A stretch of 56,625 bases of DNA, filler included, from Barthelona sp. PAP020 (GCA_040182905.1; 3 parts of 3 records of this genome joined end to end with filler, not necessarily neighbours in it), one strand, 5' to 3'; shown: positions 1 to 12,089, counted from the first letter of the whole stretch. Notes: a model not told the origin generated them from the sequence alone. Translations and numbers: made by a program.

Positions 1-1797
1 ATTACCCCTGATCAAGATTCAAAAATTGTTGAACAATATTTGTTACAATTAATTAATTTTGATCAAATGTCTCCAAAAGCACATGAAAACATGGAAAAAA
101 TTTTTAAAAAAATTAAAAATCCAAAAATTCAAGGCTCTTCTGCTAACTTAACTCCGAAAACTTCTCAATTATTGGAAAAGGAAATAGAAATACTAAAAAG
201 ACAATTGGTTGAATCTGAAAAATTAGTTGAAGTTTTAAGAACTGATTTAAATAAATGCAGAGACGAAAATTTTGAATTATTGAAACGAAATGATTCTATG
301 CAAACCAAAATGGATAGAATGACGAAAATTATTACTGAAGCTACAACAAAAATTGAAGCAATTCACAATTTATTCTCAACACAAAATTTAACAATTAAAG
401 AAATGGTTATTATGTTAAATCAACAAAAGACAGTTAATGACAATCTTTTTGATGAGATAGAAAATATTTACAACATTAGATCACCATTAACTAATAACAA
501 TGATTCACTAAAATATGATGTCAATTGGCAAAGATATATGGAAAAAAATCTCTTTGATAATGAACACTCTGAGCCATTTTTTAAACTGTCTTCAAATGGC
601 ACAGTGTTTCAAAACGAGAATTCAAAAATTTTCTTTGAAAATCAGTCAGTTCGAAGTTTACATGTGTATAATATTGATACTAAACAACAAAAACCTCAAA
701 ATATGGACTTTCACATTGTTGAAGACAATTATGAGTCAATATTGAGGAAAGAAACATCAATAAGAATGGAAATAGCCAAAAAATCAACACAAAAGCATGA
801 ATTGGAACAAAAGTTGCATGATATTGAACTTCGAAACCATTCTGATCGTCAACAATTGATGGAAATATGTCAAAATTGTAAAACTGCTTTATTGAGAAAG
901 ATTGACAAATACAAAGAGAAAGAAAAATCTGAAGAAGAAAAAACAGAGATTAATGATGTTACATGTAAGGTTAAAGGATATCTGGACACACTTAAGGAAA
1001 TGTTGACTTCTCAAAAAGCAAATTTTGAGATAGAAACAGCAAATTTAAATGACAAAATTGAAGTTATTGTGGAAGATATTAACGTTTTGAAAAGATATCT
1101 TAAAAAAATTAAAATTTTGAAAAATCAGAAGAATGACCAATTTTCAACTGTTATTTCATTATTGGAAGATGGTATTAAACATGTTGCAAATTTTATCAAT
1201 GTTCGATGTCAAAAAGAACAAATTCGACAACAAATTCGTGAAGAAGAAGATATTTTGGGAATGTTGGGGCAAACCCCTTTTGAACTTGAACAGCAAGAAG
1301 ACCTGAGAACATCAATATCCATGCAAAAGAGAGAGCTTGCCCAATTTTTTGAAAATGAAATGGAAGAAGCGGATTCAATACTGTTGAAAATCTGTGAAAA
1401 ACTTGATAATTTTGACATTCGTTGGGAAATTATTGCTTATCTTTTAGAGAAAGTTGTTTTGGGTCAAAAGAAATTTTTTGATTCAGAACAACACAAAAAA
1501 TCTATTTCAAATCGTGCACAACAATTGGAAATTGCAAATAAGGATCTTTTGGAAGAGTATTCAGACATTCACTCAAAATTTTGGACATTACAGGAAGAAC
1601 TTGTGAAATTGCCGTCTGTTGTCGAGTGGTATGACATTCAGGTTGAATTAAGCAATAAACAGAAGAATTTAGATGAAATTAGATTGGAATTAAACAAAGC
1701 AAATGAGGAGTTGAAAGATTGTAAAACCCTGTTATGCAATAAAAATGAAACCAGTATTGAGAACAACCTAAAATTGATCAATACCAATTTACAATAG
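1..1797 (+). CDS. Long coiled-coil protein, 5'-partial
   Basis: Frame 1 is open from base 1 (ATT ACC CCT GAT...) to TAG at 1795-1797. E/K/Q/L-rich heptad-like composition; no catalytic motif. Confidence 0.75.
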   Translation: MTPDQDSKIVEQYLLQLINFDQMSPKAHENMEKIFKKIKNPKIQGSSANLTPKTSQLLEKEIEILKRQLVESEKLVEVLRTDLNKCRDENFELLKRNDSMQTKMDRMTKIITEATTKIEAIHNLFSTQNLTIKEMVIMLNQQKTVNDNLFDEIENIYNIRSPLTNNNDSLKYDVNWQRYMEKNLFDNEHSEPFFKLSSNGTVFQNENSKIFFENQSVRSLHVYNIDTKQQKPQNMDFHIVEDNYESILRKETSIRMEIAKKSTQKHELEQKLHDIELRNHSDRQQLMEICQNCKTALLRKIDKYKEKEKSEEEKTEINDVTCKVKGYLDTLKEMLTSQKANFEIETANLNDKIEVIVEDINVLKRYLKKIKILKNQKNDQFSTVISLLEDGIKHVANFINVRCQKEQIRQQIREEEDILGMLGQTPFELEQQEDLRTSISMQKRELAQFFENEMEEADSILLKICEKLDNFDIRWEIIAYLLEKVVLGQKKFFDSEQHKKSISNRAQQLEIANKDLLEEYSDIHSKFWTLQEELVKLPSVVEWYDIQVELSNKQKNLDEIRLELNKANEELKDCKTLLCNKNETSIENNLKLINTNLQ

Positions 1798-1878
1798 TTC
1801 ACTAACAATGGAATTAATTCTGAAGTTGAAGCATCAGCAAATTAAGAAAAAAAAGAAATAATAAAATAAACGTTTATG

Positions 1879-2895
1879 TTAATCTACACGACCAAAAATC
1901 CGCAAAGCATCTCTTGCAGCTTTTCCTTCATCTATCATGTAATTTTGTGTTTGAATTGTGTGAACTTCAATATTTTCATTGTTGATCTGCATGAATTCCC
2001 ATACTTCTGCAAAAATGTCTTTCAAAACATTTTTGGGTCGAGCGCTATTGTGATCACCATTTACCAATTTCAAAGAACTATAATGTCCAAAGCTAGCCAT
2101 ACATTGCTGCAATTTAACAGAAGCAATATGAGGGACAAAAGTGTCATCTATACCATGTAAAAAAACTGTTGGCACCTTCAAATTTTTGACCACATCTTCA
2201 TTTTCTAAAATTGAGACTAATTCGATGCCTAAACGATTTCTAATTGCTTTACGCAAGAAAAAAACAGCTGAACGTAAAACGAAATTGGGCATGCTTGTAA
2301 AATTTTTTGCCAAGTTCAACATTGTTTCTTCTAGTGTCCAAAAAGCAGAATCAGCGATAACTGCGCAAATATTAGGATCGTCATATATACCACAATATCT
2401 TAACGCCGTAACAGCACCCATTGATCTGCCATATAATAAAAACGTAGGTACCATATTATTTTCTTGTTTTTGAGCCATATTTATCACATGATTCATTACA
2501 TTTCTTAAATCTTCAACTTCTTTATAACCTAAAGTAACCCAATTTCCAGAAGATTTTCCACAACCGGAAAAATCAAAAGAAATTAAAGTCATATTTTGTA
2601 CAGAACAATAAGGAACAAAAGGTAATGCTTCACACCTAGAACTAGCATTACCATGCATATAAATCATGACTTCTGATGAAATCATTTCTTCGTTTGCAGG
2701 ATACCAGCAACTAGCTTTCAAACTTACATTTTGATCTTCATTTTCAATTATATTTTCCCTTTTAAAACTAACTAAAAATTCATAATGTTTGTAATTAGAA
2801 GGAATTCTGTCTAAAACCGCATCACAATAATTTTCATAACGTATTGGTCTTATCACTGCATTAACTACCATTTCCCATTGTTCACCCAAACCCAT
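1879..2895 (-). CDS. Alpha/beta hydrolase (ABHD/YqkD-like serine hydrolase)
   Basis: HGNASSR oxyanion motif, DFSGCGKS, nucleophile elbow GRSMG, catalytic Asp region HGIDD and His in GDH. First true ATG is at 2895; the ORF-track start is TTG. Confidence 0.85.
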   Translation of the reverse strand: MGLGEQWEMVVNAVIRPIRYENYCDAVLDRIPSNYKHYEFLVSFKRENIIENEDQNVSLKASCWYPANEEMISSEVMIYMHGNASSRCEALPFVPYCSVQNMTLISFDFSGCGKSSGNWVTLGYKEVEDLRNVMNHVINMAQKQENNMVPTFLLYGRSMGAVTALRYCGIYDDPNICAVIADSAFWTLEETMLNLAKNFTSMPNFVLRSAVFFLRKAIRNRLGIELVSILENEDVVKNLKVPTVFLHGIDDTFVPHIASVKLQQCMASFGHYSSLKLVNGDHNSARPKNVLKDIFAEVWEFMQINNENIEVHTIQTQNYMIDEGKAARDALRIFGRVD

Positions 2896-3065
2896 TTGAA
2901 GAAAGATTAATGTATTAACAAAAACCAATGAGTGTAGTGTATTTCATTTCTCTTTGGTTTCTTTTTTTTCCTTTCTTTTTTCGGTGTTTTGAAAAAAATA
3001 ACACAAAAATTAACAAATAAAAAATATGTAATCAAAACAATATATTTATTTGGCTAAAAACAAAT

Positions 3066-6000
3066 TTATCTGGTTAAAAAGTCTTTGAGATCATCTCCCA
3101 AAGCTCGCAGTTCCGGGTCATCAAAACCTTGAAGAAAATCATGAAGTTCTGTTGCAGATGAAAAATTTGATCGTTTGATATTCGAAGAAATTGGGCTTTT
3201 TTCATTTTCATCATCAGATAAATCCCCATTTTTGGAATACAACTGACTCAAAGCATCTCTAAATACAGGTGAGTCAACAGCCTGACCATTAATCACATTG
3301 TCTCTCATTTCGTTGTAAGAAACAGCCGAATACTTTTCTTGAAGTGATTTCAATTGTTTCCTTCTTTCCATCACACTAGACGGACGTTTTGTGTACATAA
3401 AATCTTTTTTTTCATTTCTTGCTGAAGGAATCTCGGATTGAATCACTTTATTGTCTTTTTTGCAAAAATCTTCAATTATTGGATCATGAAATTCCCTCAC
3501 AAACTGAATTGTATTTTTGAATAATTCCTGTTCATCCAAATCTCTTTGTTTTTCATCAAATGATAAATTCCACATCATATCCACATGTCTTCCACCACCT
3601 TGTTGTAATCGTCCAAAAACATCTCCATCAGATGTAAATATGTTTACAGTACAATCTTTTGATGATGAAAAAATAGCAGAAGGACGCTTGAGCGTTTGTA
3701 AGAATTGAATAGATTTGCTCTTTTCCGGTGTTTCAGAATGATAAAATACTTTCTTTATTTCAAAAGATGGGTTCAACTCAATATCTTCAGTTTCAGTCAA
3801 AAACAATCTTTGATCAAAACTAAGAATATCCTGTTTCAAAAAAGTGGAAGAATTAACAATGGTTGAAATATTAAATACAGTTAACCTTCCGGTTTCATCA
3901 CCAACAATTAACTCATCCAAATTATCGTTAAATGCAATAGCTCCAATCACAAAATATGACACACAACGGTCTTTATTAACATTAGCTTTTGGATTAATTA
4001 TATTTAAATCTGGATTTGAACTGTCAAAGAACTTAGAAGTTCTTGGTGTTTTTAAAATAGATTCATTGTCGAGAACGCTGATTTGACCAACTTTAACAAA
4101 AGGTCTCTTAGCAGGTTTAACAGTCCACACACAAACATTACCCAAAGCATCTGCAGAAGCAAATCCCGTATACTTCCCCAAATTTGTAATGCATGAAACA
4201 TACACATCATGTTGATTGTCTTCACTCAAATTAAGACAGGAAAATGTCTCAGGTGACCAAAATCGAACATGTCCTTCAATATCTCCTGTGGCAATAATAT
4301 TATGTTCATAAGAATAATCCATACACGTAATCTCCGATGAATGTTCAAAGGGGTTTGGAGTATTAGGATATTGTTGCTTCCAAATATCGACCAAAAGTGG
4401 TGCTTGTTGATTCTCTTCAAAAACGTAAATAGAACGATTACATGCCACATAAATCCTACGAAGATGACTATGATAAGCAACACCAATAATTTCACCACAG
4501 AGTTGCTCTGTACGAACAGTTATTTTAAAATTTTGTGTGTTGATGGAAAAAACATTCCCATTAATATCCCCAACTATCACACATTTCCCTCGGTATCCTT
4601 TGCAAGCGCACACTAAATCACAATCATGTGTATAAGTACGCAATAATCGTCCATCAACAGCGTTCCACACTGTAAATTGATTTTTACTGAGAGTAATAAA
4701 GTATAAAACAGCTTCCAAAAAGATAACACTACAAATGGGAGATTGGGAGGTATGTGAAGGGTCTATTGTCATCTCTTTTGAAAATAAATGAATAGAACGA
4801 GAACTTGCAACAGCAAAATCAAAATCTTGACTCGTTGCAACAATACTTACCATTGGAAGAGTTTCTCTTGTGCCACAAGTTAATGATTGAATGCATGTCG
4901 AATTCTTCAAATCCCAAAGTTTCACGGTTCCTTCAACATCCAATGAAGCAATACAAACACTCGATACCATTGCCATACCAGTGATAGAACTAAGGTGACC
5001 ACTAAGTTCAGCAACAGGCCTTTCATGAACTCCATTCCAAACGTATATTGACCGATCCAAAGAAGCAGATACAAGACAATACGCTTCTGAAGACCAAGCC
5101 ATTGCTATCACGGCTTTTTTATGTCCACGAAGGATTTTTTTGCATATGTTCTTTCGAAGTGACCAAAATCGAATTGTTCCATCCATGTAACCAACAGCAA
5201 TAACTCCAAATAATGGTAAATCAAGAATACTCAACACAATTTCGCTATTTGATTCTTCAGTACTCGTAAAATGTTGCAAATGTGCTTCATTAATTAATGA
5301 GCGAAGATACTGTTTTTTAGTTTGAGGCATTGCCAATTCATCCTTTGATTTCCTTGAATGCTTGGACTTTTTTTCATTCTTTCTGTCCTCATTTTTCTGC
5401 TGTTCAATTGATATCATACTATTTTTATGAATAAAATGCTTAATAAGTGAATCAATATTTTTATGTGGTGGGGGAGTCCAAAAAGATGTTTTAGGTTCAA
5501 TTTCAGTTTTGTGCACTGTAAAATTTGTTACATCTTCAGGTGTATTACTTCCGAGCACATTAAGTATAGTGTAAGTGTCAATATCAATAACAAAAATATT
5601 TCCATCCACAGTTCCACAAAACAACAATCGTTGCGTCTGTCTGCATTCCATACACAAGGCTGGAGATGTCAAAAGGCAAGATCCTTTAAATGTATACAAA
5701 ATAGGGTCAAAAAATCTAACCACATGATCCATCGCTACAGTGACCAGTTGAGCAGGATATTTTTTAAATTCTGGAATTAAGATTGCACTGTTTACTGCAC
5801 CTTCATGAACATTAATGTCCTTAATAATCTGAAAACTCTCAGAATCAACAACAACCAGAGATTGCCCTTTGCAAACTCCAAATTTATCCATCGGGTCTTC
5901 AAAATATATCATTCGTTCGATTAAAGGCTCGCCCGTTTCAACACTAAGATTTAACGTTTTCTTTAAATGTAAATTTTGGGTAAACGATACAAACTGACTG

Positions 6001-6398
6001 GTGGTTGTAATAACTGACTCAGCTAAAAATTCAGTGAACTGTTTCCAACGAATAAATCCATCATTATCAGAATCAATTTCCTGAAAAAGAAATAACAACG
6101 ACAACTCCAACTCTAATTCAGACAAAATATCGTTTTTATACGCAATCATAGTTTTGAAATAAAATACAAACTCTCCAATTTTACATGGATTGGGTAATGC
6201 ATTCCCAAGAAATTGTAAATCACTGTGATTTAACAAAACTAATAAATGTTTAACAAACTCAATGTCCATTCCTTTTCGACTAAAATATGCTTGTTCAAAT
6301 TCCTCAAGAGAAAATGACAATGTATGTTCATGTGTTGAAATATCAAAATCTGTTTCATCAGACAGTAATAAAGAAGCCTTTGAACCGGTCCTTCTCAT
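3066..6398 (-). CDS. EF-hand plus WD40-repeat protein (WDR49/EFCAB8/WDY-like, possibly ciliary)
   Basis: EF-hand loop DSDNDGFIRWKQF followed by many WD repeats (LRGHKKAVIAMAWS, LSGHLSSITGM, GTVKLWD). ATG at 6398. Confidence 0.75.
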   Translation of the reverse strand: MRRTGSKASLLLSDETDFDISTHEHTLSFSLEEFEQAYFSRKGMDIEFVKHLLVLLNHSDLQFLGNALPNPCKIGEFVFYFKTMIAYKNDILSELELELSLLFLFQEIDSDNDGFIRWKQFTEFLAESVITTTSQFVSFTQNLHLKKTLNLSVETGEPLIERMIYFEDPMDKFGVCKGQSLVVVDSESFQIIKDINVHEGAVNSAILIPEFKKYPAQLVTVAMDHVVRFFDPILYTFKGSCLLTSPALCMECRQTQRLLFCGTVDGNIFVIDIDTYTILNVLGSNTPEDVTNFTVHKTEIEPKTSFWTPPPHKNIDSLIKHFIHKNSMISIEQQKNEDRKNEKKSKHSRKSKDELAMPQTKKQYLRSLINEAHLQHFTSTEESNSEIVLSILDLPLFGVIAVGYMDGTIRFWSLRKNICKKILRGHKKAVIAMAWSSEAYCLVSASLDRSIYVWNGVHERPVAELSGHLSSITGMAMVSSVCIASLDVEGTVKLWDLKNSTCIQSLTCGTRETLPMVSIVATSQDFDFAVASSRSIHLFSKEMTIDPSHTSQSPICSVIFLEAVLYFITLSKNQFTVWNAVDGRLLRTYTHDCDLVCACKGYRGKCVIVGDINGNVFSINTQNFKITVRTEQLCGEIIGVAYHSHLRRIYVACNRSIYVFEENQQAPLLVDIWKQQYPNTPNPFEHSSEITCMDYSYEHNIIATGDIEGHVRFWSPETFSCLNLSEDNQHDVYVSCITNLGKYTGFASADALGNVCVWTVKPAKRPFVKVGQISVLDNESILKTPRTSKFFDSSNPDLNIINPKANVNKDRCVSYFVIGAIAFNDNLDELIVGDETGRLTVFNISTIVNSSTFLKQDILSFDQRLFLTETEDIELNPSFEIKKVFYHSETPEKSKSIQFLQTLKRPSAIFSSSKDCTVNIFTSDGDVFGRLQQGGGRHVDMMWNLSFDEKQRDLDEQELFKNTIQFVREFHDPIIEDFCKKDNKVIQSEIPSARNEKKDFMYTKRPSSVMERRKQLKSLQEKYSAVSYNEMRDNVINGQAVDSPVFRDALSQLYSKNGDLSDDENEKSPISSNIKRSNFSSATELHDFLQGFDDPELRALGDDLKDFLTR

Positions 6399-6437
6399 GA
6401 AAAATAACAACAAAAACAAAAACTTAAAAATTCAAAT

Positions 6438-7322
6438 TTACAACACCCCCTTTGTTATTTCCCCAATATCTTCAATGCAACAACGTTCATTAATTAAACG
6501 TTGCCTAACAAGATGAGCAATTTTATTGGAAGAAGGCAAATTGAGAAAAATTTTTTGAGGATTAGGGTCCCTTTTAACTGCAACTGGACCAATATAAACA
6601 GAATGCTTGTCTTCAATACGCAAATAAACATCAACATACGTAAATCGAACAACCAATGGATGAATTGTAAGAGGAGGCTTAACAACAACACTCAACAAAT
6701 CAGATGGATCAAAATATGGAAATTTAACAGAAATGTAATCAACACAAGCCTGAACAATACTCTCTAAAACACGACAAAAAGAATTTTGCACAGTACTTTT
6801 AAAAGAAGCACGCTCTGATGATAAATCTTTTATTGATGATGTTTCAGATGCTCTTTTTGATTGATATTTAACATTTTTGTCAACACTTTTCTTAAAAAAA
6901 TCATCATTCGTCTTCAAAGAATTTATATGCTTTTTTTGGCTATAATGCCATCCAGAATCAATAGTAGATGAGCCACCTGTTAACAGACGTTTGTTTATTT
7001 TGCTATACTGAATGTCAATTTCTTTGAATTTTGCTTTCATTTCGAAAAGAGTTTCATTCAATGAATTAATAACATTGTTTAAATCTTTAGTAGTTTTCAA
7101 TTGTAATTGATTTGTGTAAATTTGAATATTTTCCTTGTCCTTGTCGTTTGGTTTTCTACCAACAATTTTTTTATTTGAAACCTTTCTATTCTTCTTCTTT
7201 GCTACAACCTTTCTTTTTTTTGGAACAATTTCATATGGATGGGGAACCTTTTTGTAGTCTTTGACAAGAAGGCTTCTCTTCCTCAGCTTTTTAACATCAC
7301 TTTGTCTTACTTTTTTTTGCAT
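6438..7322 (-). CDS. Hypothetical protein with basic N-terminus and short coiled coil
   Basis: 294-aa ORF with ATG and TAA; K/R-rich NLS-like N-terminus; no family recognised. Confidence 0.65.
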   Translation of the reverse strand: MQKKVRQSDVKKLRKRSLLVKDYKKVPHPYEIVPKKRKVVAKKKNRKVSNKKIVGRKPNDKDKENIQIYTNQLQLKTTKDLNNVINSLNETLFEMKAKFKEIDIQYSKINKRLLTGGSSTIDSGWHYSQKKHINSLKTNDDFFKKSVDKNVKYQSKRASETSSIKDLSSERASFKSTVQNSFCRVLESIVQACVDYISVKFPYFDPSDLLSVVVKPPLTIHPLVVRFTYVDVYLRIEDKHSVYIGPVAVKRDPNPQKIFLNLPSSNKIAHLVRQRLINERCCIEDIGEITKGVL

Positions 7323-7763
7323 TGAATAATCACTATCGTTTTGGCATCTTTCAAAATAGACAAATAAAAAATGTTCAAAAATGTTTTTCTTAAACTTTTT
7401 TCAATTAAAAAATGAAGTTGCTTTAAGTTACAAATAGGTTTATACAAAAATGAGTCCAAAAAGAAAAATTGGCAATTTTTTTTTTGCAAGTTTCTTTTGT
7501 CTGATTTGGTATTTTTCTCAAAGACAAATCAACAACACATATTTAATAAAGAACAAATCCAGGCTGACAAGAATTTGAATTATTAGAAGCCAAAAAAAAA
7601 GAAAACAATTGCAATTTATGAAGCATTTACAGTTAAAATAAAAGATGGAAAAATATAAAATGAAATTCTATCAACATATAAAAACCATTGTAAAAGAAAA
7701 AAACGGTATGAAAGGAATAAAATCCTTTCCAGGCTCTACAATCTTTTTTTTGTTATTCTCGCT

Positions 7764-8371
7764 ATGACCACGGTCAATCAGAAAGAAGTTCTTGAATTAG
7801 ACGAACCTGTATCAACGATATTAGTATTATTTAAATTATGACTTTTTCTTACAATTAGAAAAATGATATTGCTGCTGTATTTGTTAAAGTATCTCATGTA
7901 TTATTGCCTAGAGCTTCAACAACAAATAAACATATGCGTGATTGGGATTTATTTGGTCCTTTAATTTTTGGTTTAATATTATCCATTCTCATGGGAATTT
8001 TTGCTGGATCTGGACAACAATCAGATGCCTTTTCTTCGACATTTTTGATTATTTTTGGTGGTGCTGCTATTTTACATGTTAATATTGTTTTGCTGGGTGG
8101 TAACAGATCTTTATTTCATTCGATTTGTTTAATTGGATATTGTACCGCACCACTATGTATTGCTGGCATCTTTTCTCTTCTTATGTCTACATTTTCATCA
8201 ATTGCAATATTAAGTTTTGCTGCATATGTTATATGCACTTGTTGGTGTGTTTGGGCCAGTGTTGATTTTCTCACTGTATTAGTGCCAAAATCAAGAAAAG
8301 CTTTAGCTGTTTTTCCAATTATTTTATTTTATACTAGTGTGGCTTTGTTTATGTTTTTAGCATCTGCTTAA
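7764..8371 (+). CDS. Yip1-domain Golgi membrane protein (YIPF6/Yip4-like); exons 7764-7823 and 7859-8371
   Basis: Removing a 35-nt GT-AG intron gives ...LDEPVSTIL|KNDIAAVFVKVSHVLLP..., followed by RDWDLFGPL and GYCTAPL, hallmarks of the YIPF6 subfamily. Several hydrophobic helices. Confidence 0.85.
7824..7858 (+). other. Spliceosomal intron, 35 nt
   Basis: gtattatttaaattatgactttttcttacaattag; contains an in-frame stop; removal restores the conserved Yip1 N-terminus. Confidence 0.85.
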
Positions 8372-8582
8372 ATTATTGTAAACATTTTATTGCTTTTTTT
8401 TTACAGTGTCTGTTGCAATTTTAAAGATTAGTTGTTTGAAAAAAAAAAAGTGAGTAGTTTGACACAGAAGATCATTCCCTTACTTATTTATTAATATAAC
8501 TGTCATTAGAAATAGATGACTAAAATATCATCAATGTTTTTAACTGACAATAAAAAAAAAATACCCATGACAATTTCTTTTG

Positions 8583-9588
8583 ATGACATTTGATTCATAT
8601 TTTCGAGAAAAACATATTGGATTTATTAAAGAATATGCAAAAGTATTTTGAAACAAGTTTAATTGCGAAATAACTAACGATAAAGGATACTGAGGGTTAT
8701 GAGCGAATGTTCATGCAACACCTGAAAATTGAGGGTGTATATTATGGACTCTGCACTTTAGATTTAATTAATGCAAGTAATGAATTGAATCATGATGATA
8801 TTTTCGAGTTTATCATGAAATGCCGTCATAAATGTGGTGGTTTTGGTGGTAATATTGGACATGACCCTCATATTTCATACACATTATCTGCACTTCAAGC
8901 GTTGATTTTAATAGACAAACTTAAAGATGTTGAAACAAATTCAACAATTCAGTGGATTGTTTCGCTTCAAGAAGAAGATGGATCGTTCAAATGTGATCGG
9001 TGGGGTGAGAAAGATTCAAGATTCTCATATACAGCAATATATATTATGGCCATTTTAGATGCCCTTGATCAAATAAATATTGAAAGCGCTGTTTCATACA
9101 TTTTATCATGTCAAAATGAAGTTGATGGTGGGTTTGGGGCTGTACCAAAGTCTGAAAGTCACGCTGGATATGTGTTTACCGCATTGGGAGCCTTACAAAT
9201 ACTTGGTTTGTTAAATCATGAAAAAAATTCTGAATTGAAATTTTGGTTAGCACAAAAACAAACTTCATCTGGTGGATTTTGTGGACGACCTGAAAAAAAA
9301 CCGGATGTGTGTTACTCATGGTGGGTCGGATCTTCATTAAAAATGCTTCATGCTTTTGATTGGTTTAATCATGATAAGCTAATCCCATTCATTTTGGAAT
9401 GTCAAGATCCAGAAAAAGGGGGAATTTCAGATAGAAAAGAAAATTTTAAAGACATGTATCATTTATTTTTTGGTACTGCAGGCTTATCTTTGCTTGAACT
9501 TGATGGAATTAATGAAATTGATCCAGTATATGCCTTACCTTCCCATGTTGTTAAAAAATTGAACCTTCCAAATCACATGTCCCAATGA
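8583..9588 (+). CDS. RABGGTB: Rab geranylgeranyltransferase (GGTase-II) beta subunit; exons 8583-8642 and 8686-9588
   Basis: Prenyltransferase repeats GGFGGNIGHDPH, ESHAGY, GRPEKKPDVCYSWW, GGISDR and EIDPVYALP. The spliced N-terminus (EKHIGFIKEY...) matches the family. Confidence 0.93.
8643..8685 (+). other. Spliceosomal intron, 43 nt
   Basis: gtattttg...taACTAACgataaag; removal joins ATG 8583 in frame to the ORF. Confidence 0.85.
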
Positions 9589-9782
9589 TTAATTTTTAAG
9601 TAAAAAAAAAATTATTTTTATTTCTGCAGCACACTGTTTCAATTTTTGAATCGAAAAAACTGATGCGAAATGTTTTCACCATTTTAAAATTCTATCAAAA
9701 CTCATGTTCATTATAACTGTTTATCAAAAACAAAATTGTTTGTTGAAATGATATGGCATGAATGACTCACAAAAAGGAAACC

Positions 9783-12089
9783 TTATTTATCTTTGTCAGG
9801 AATTTCTGATTGCTGATGAAATCTAATAAGATCACCACGTGTTATTAACCCCTTCAACTTACCTTGATTTGTAACTAGAACAGTGTGTAATCCCAGTTGA
9901 CGAATTAAGGTAAAAATTCTTGAAATTGGTGTACTTTTAACCACACAAATTGGGGATTCATCAATTAAATGCCTCCAATTTTGTAAGGAGAGTGACAGTT
10001 TATCACCAAAATTTTTACTTTCAATATCAAAACTAATTTGTGTTGAAGGTGATAAAAATGAAATAGAAGCATCGGAAAGTGCAGAAATAACAGCAGATCT
10101 ATCAATATAACCAATCAATTTACTGTCTTCTTTGTCTATTATAGGGAAACCATTTACTTTATGTTCTTGAAGTGTTTTCATAATGGAAGAAAGTGTTTCT
10201 TTACGATGAAAAACAATGGGTTCTTGGCACATGATACCTGAAGCGATTTCTCCAAACAAATCTCTGCCTTCATTTGACAGGAAAGGATAACCATTTATAA
10301 CAATATACTCTTCATACAAAGAATGTTTTGAAAACACATCAGCAATAGACTTTGCGGTAATAGAAACAAATACAAGAGGAATGATTAGCTTTACTGCTCC
10401 ACAATATTCAATAACAACAATAACAATAGCCAGTTGTAATCGTGTTGTACCTGTTAAAAATCCCATAGCTCCGATGAGTGCATATACACTTGGGCTGATA
10501 CATTGAGTATGATCTACACAATTTGAAAACAAACAAAAATGTGGATATTCCTTAAAAACATTTTGTAAAAGCAAAGCAAAAGCTCTTCCAAAAGATCCTC
10601 CAATAACCAAAGATGGAATAAATATTCCAGCAGGTATACCAGTTCCAAAAACCATTCCACACAAGAAGAAACTAGCAACACCACATTTCACTAAATACCA
10701 CATAATCTGTGATGAAATATCAGAACGACAGATGAAATCTAAATCAACGTCACCAATTCTTGACCCACAATCGGAAAAAATAACTTCTAACATATGATGA
10801 TAAGATTCTCTAATGAGCGGAAAAAAATCACATACAATTGCTGTAATAATTGCAACAACTAAAACTTCCAAAATTGGAGAATTCTTCCACCAATGATATT
10901 TTTTTCTTGATTTGGCAATCCACGTGTTAAATTTAATAAATAAAACAGATAATAACCCAGTAAATAATCCTAAAAGAATAAAAAAAGGAATTTCAACTGG
11001 GGAAAATGAATGAAAAATATCAGCCTGCAACGAAAAGGTTGGTGAAAGTTTGGTTGGATTGAATATTTTTAATGAAAGAGCAGCAATAGCTGTTCCAAAA
11101 AATGTTCTCCACAACGTAATTTGACTGAAATAAAAAGATGTCTCCTCAATAGCAAAAATAGCTCCTCCAATAATAGCACCACCAAATGAAACACTAACAC
11201 CAGTTCCTGTTGCGTAGGATAAAATATCTCTTTTTGTTGCTTCACTTTTTATCTTAAATAACCTGCAAAATAAATTTCCCAAACAAGCTGCAATATGTAC
11301 CATTGGTCCCTCCTGACCTAATGCTAAACCAGCAGCAACAACAAGTGGCATAGTTAAAAACTTTATCAATAGAGTAAAAAATCCTAAAAAGGATCTGATA
11401 GAGACACCAGATAAAATTGCTTTGGTTTCAGGTATACCACTGCCTTTACTATATTTGGACATTGTGTGAACTAAAATTGCTGCAATGAAGGGATATATTA
11501 TACCAGTAGCATAATATAGAGATCTTTCAAAAAATACAGCTTTTTCACTTCCATACATTGGTTCAAATACTTCAAACCACGTGTTGTACTGACTACAGTC
11601 TTCTTGTTGATAACAGCACAACGTTTTTGGCAAAAAAAAACTATCACAAACACCAAAACGTATTGAGTTTAAAAAATTGGAAAAAACAACAATTACAGAA
11701 TTAAGAAAGGCTGCAGAAACAGCTACAAAGACAATAATTATCCAGGGACGAAGCTTATAAAAATATCCTAAAAAAACTGAAGATTTTTTCATTCTATATC
11801 TTTCATTTCGTCGTTCTGTTTGCCAATCAATACTGGAAAAGTCTTTTGATGATGAATGAATCAACCTGGAAAACTCATCAATTTGATTCTTAAAAGGAGT
11901 TGGAGTAACATCAATTGGTGAGGAATTTATATTTTCATAAATTTCATCAAACAATTCAATTTCATCTGAATTTGACTCAATCAATAGTTCATCAAATGAC
12001 AAAGACCTACTTCGTGTATTAATCGTTAAATCATCTATAGTTTCGTGTAAAAATGGTATTTGGTCTGAATTAACCCTTTTACGTTGCAT
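9783..12089 (-). CDS. CLC-family Cl-/H+ antiporter (ClC-3/4/5/Gef1-like) with two CBS domains
   Basis: GSGIPE, GQEGPMVH (gating Glu), FAIEE (proton Glu) and GIFIPS motifs; C-terminal CBS pair (GFPII, GLITRGDL). Confidence 0.93.
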   Translation of the reverse strand: MQRKRVNSDQIPFLHETIDDLTINTRSRSLSFDELLIESNSDEIELFDEIYENINSSPIDVTPTPFKNQIDEFSRLIHSSSKDFSSIDWQTERRNERYRMKKSSVFLGYFYKLRPWIIIVFVAVSAAFLNSVIVVFSNFLNSIRFGVCDSFFLPKTLCCYQQEDCSQYNTWFEVFEPMYGSEKAVFFERSLYYATGIIYPFIAAILVHTMSKYSKGSGIPETKAILSGVSIRSFLGFFTLLIKFLTMPLVVAAGLALGQEGPMVHIAACLGNLFCRLFKIKSEATKRDILSYATGTGVSVSFGGAIIGGAIFAIEETSFYFSQITLWRTFFGTAIAALSLKIFNPTKLSPTFSLQADIFHSFSPVEIPFFILLGLFTGLLSVLFIKFNTWIAKSRKKYHWWKNSPILEVLVVAIITAIVCDFFPLIRESYHHMLEVIFSDCGSRIGDVDLDFICRSDISSQIMWYLVKCGVASFFLCGMVFGTGIPAGIFIPSLVIGGSFGRAFALLLQNVFKEYPHFCLFSNCVDHTQCISPSVYALIGAMGFLTGTTRLQLAIVIVVIEYCGAVKLIIPLVFVSITAKSIADVFSKHSLYEEYIVINGYPFLSNEGRDLFGEIASGIMCQEPIVFHRKETLSSIMKTLQEHKVNGFPIIDKEDSKLIGYIDRSAVISALSDASISFLSPSTQISFDIESKNFGDKLSLSLQNWRHLIDESPICVVKSTPISRIFTLIRQLGLHTVLVTNQGKLKGLITRGDLIRFHQQSEIPDKDK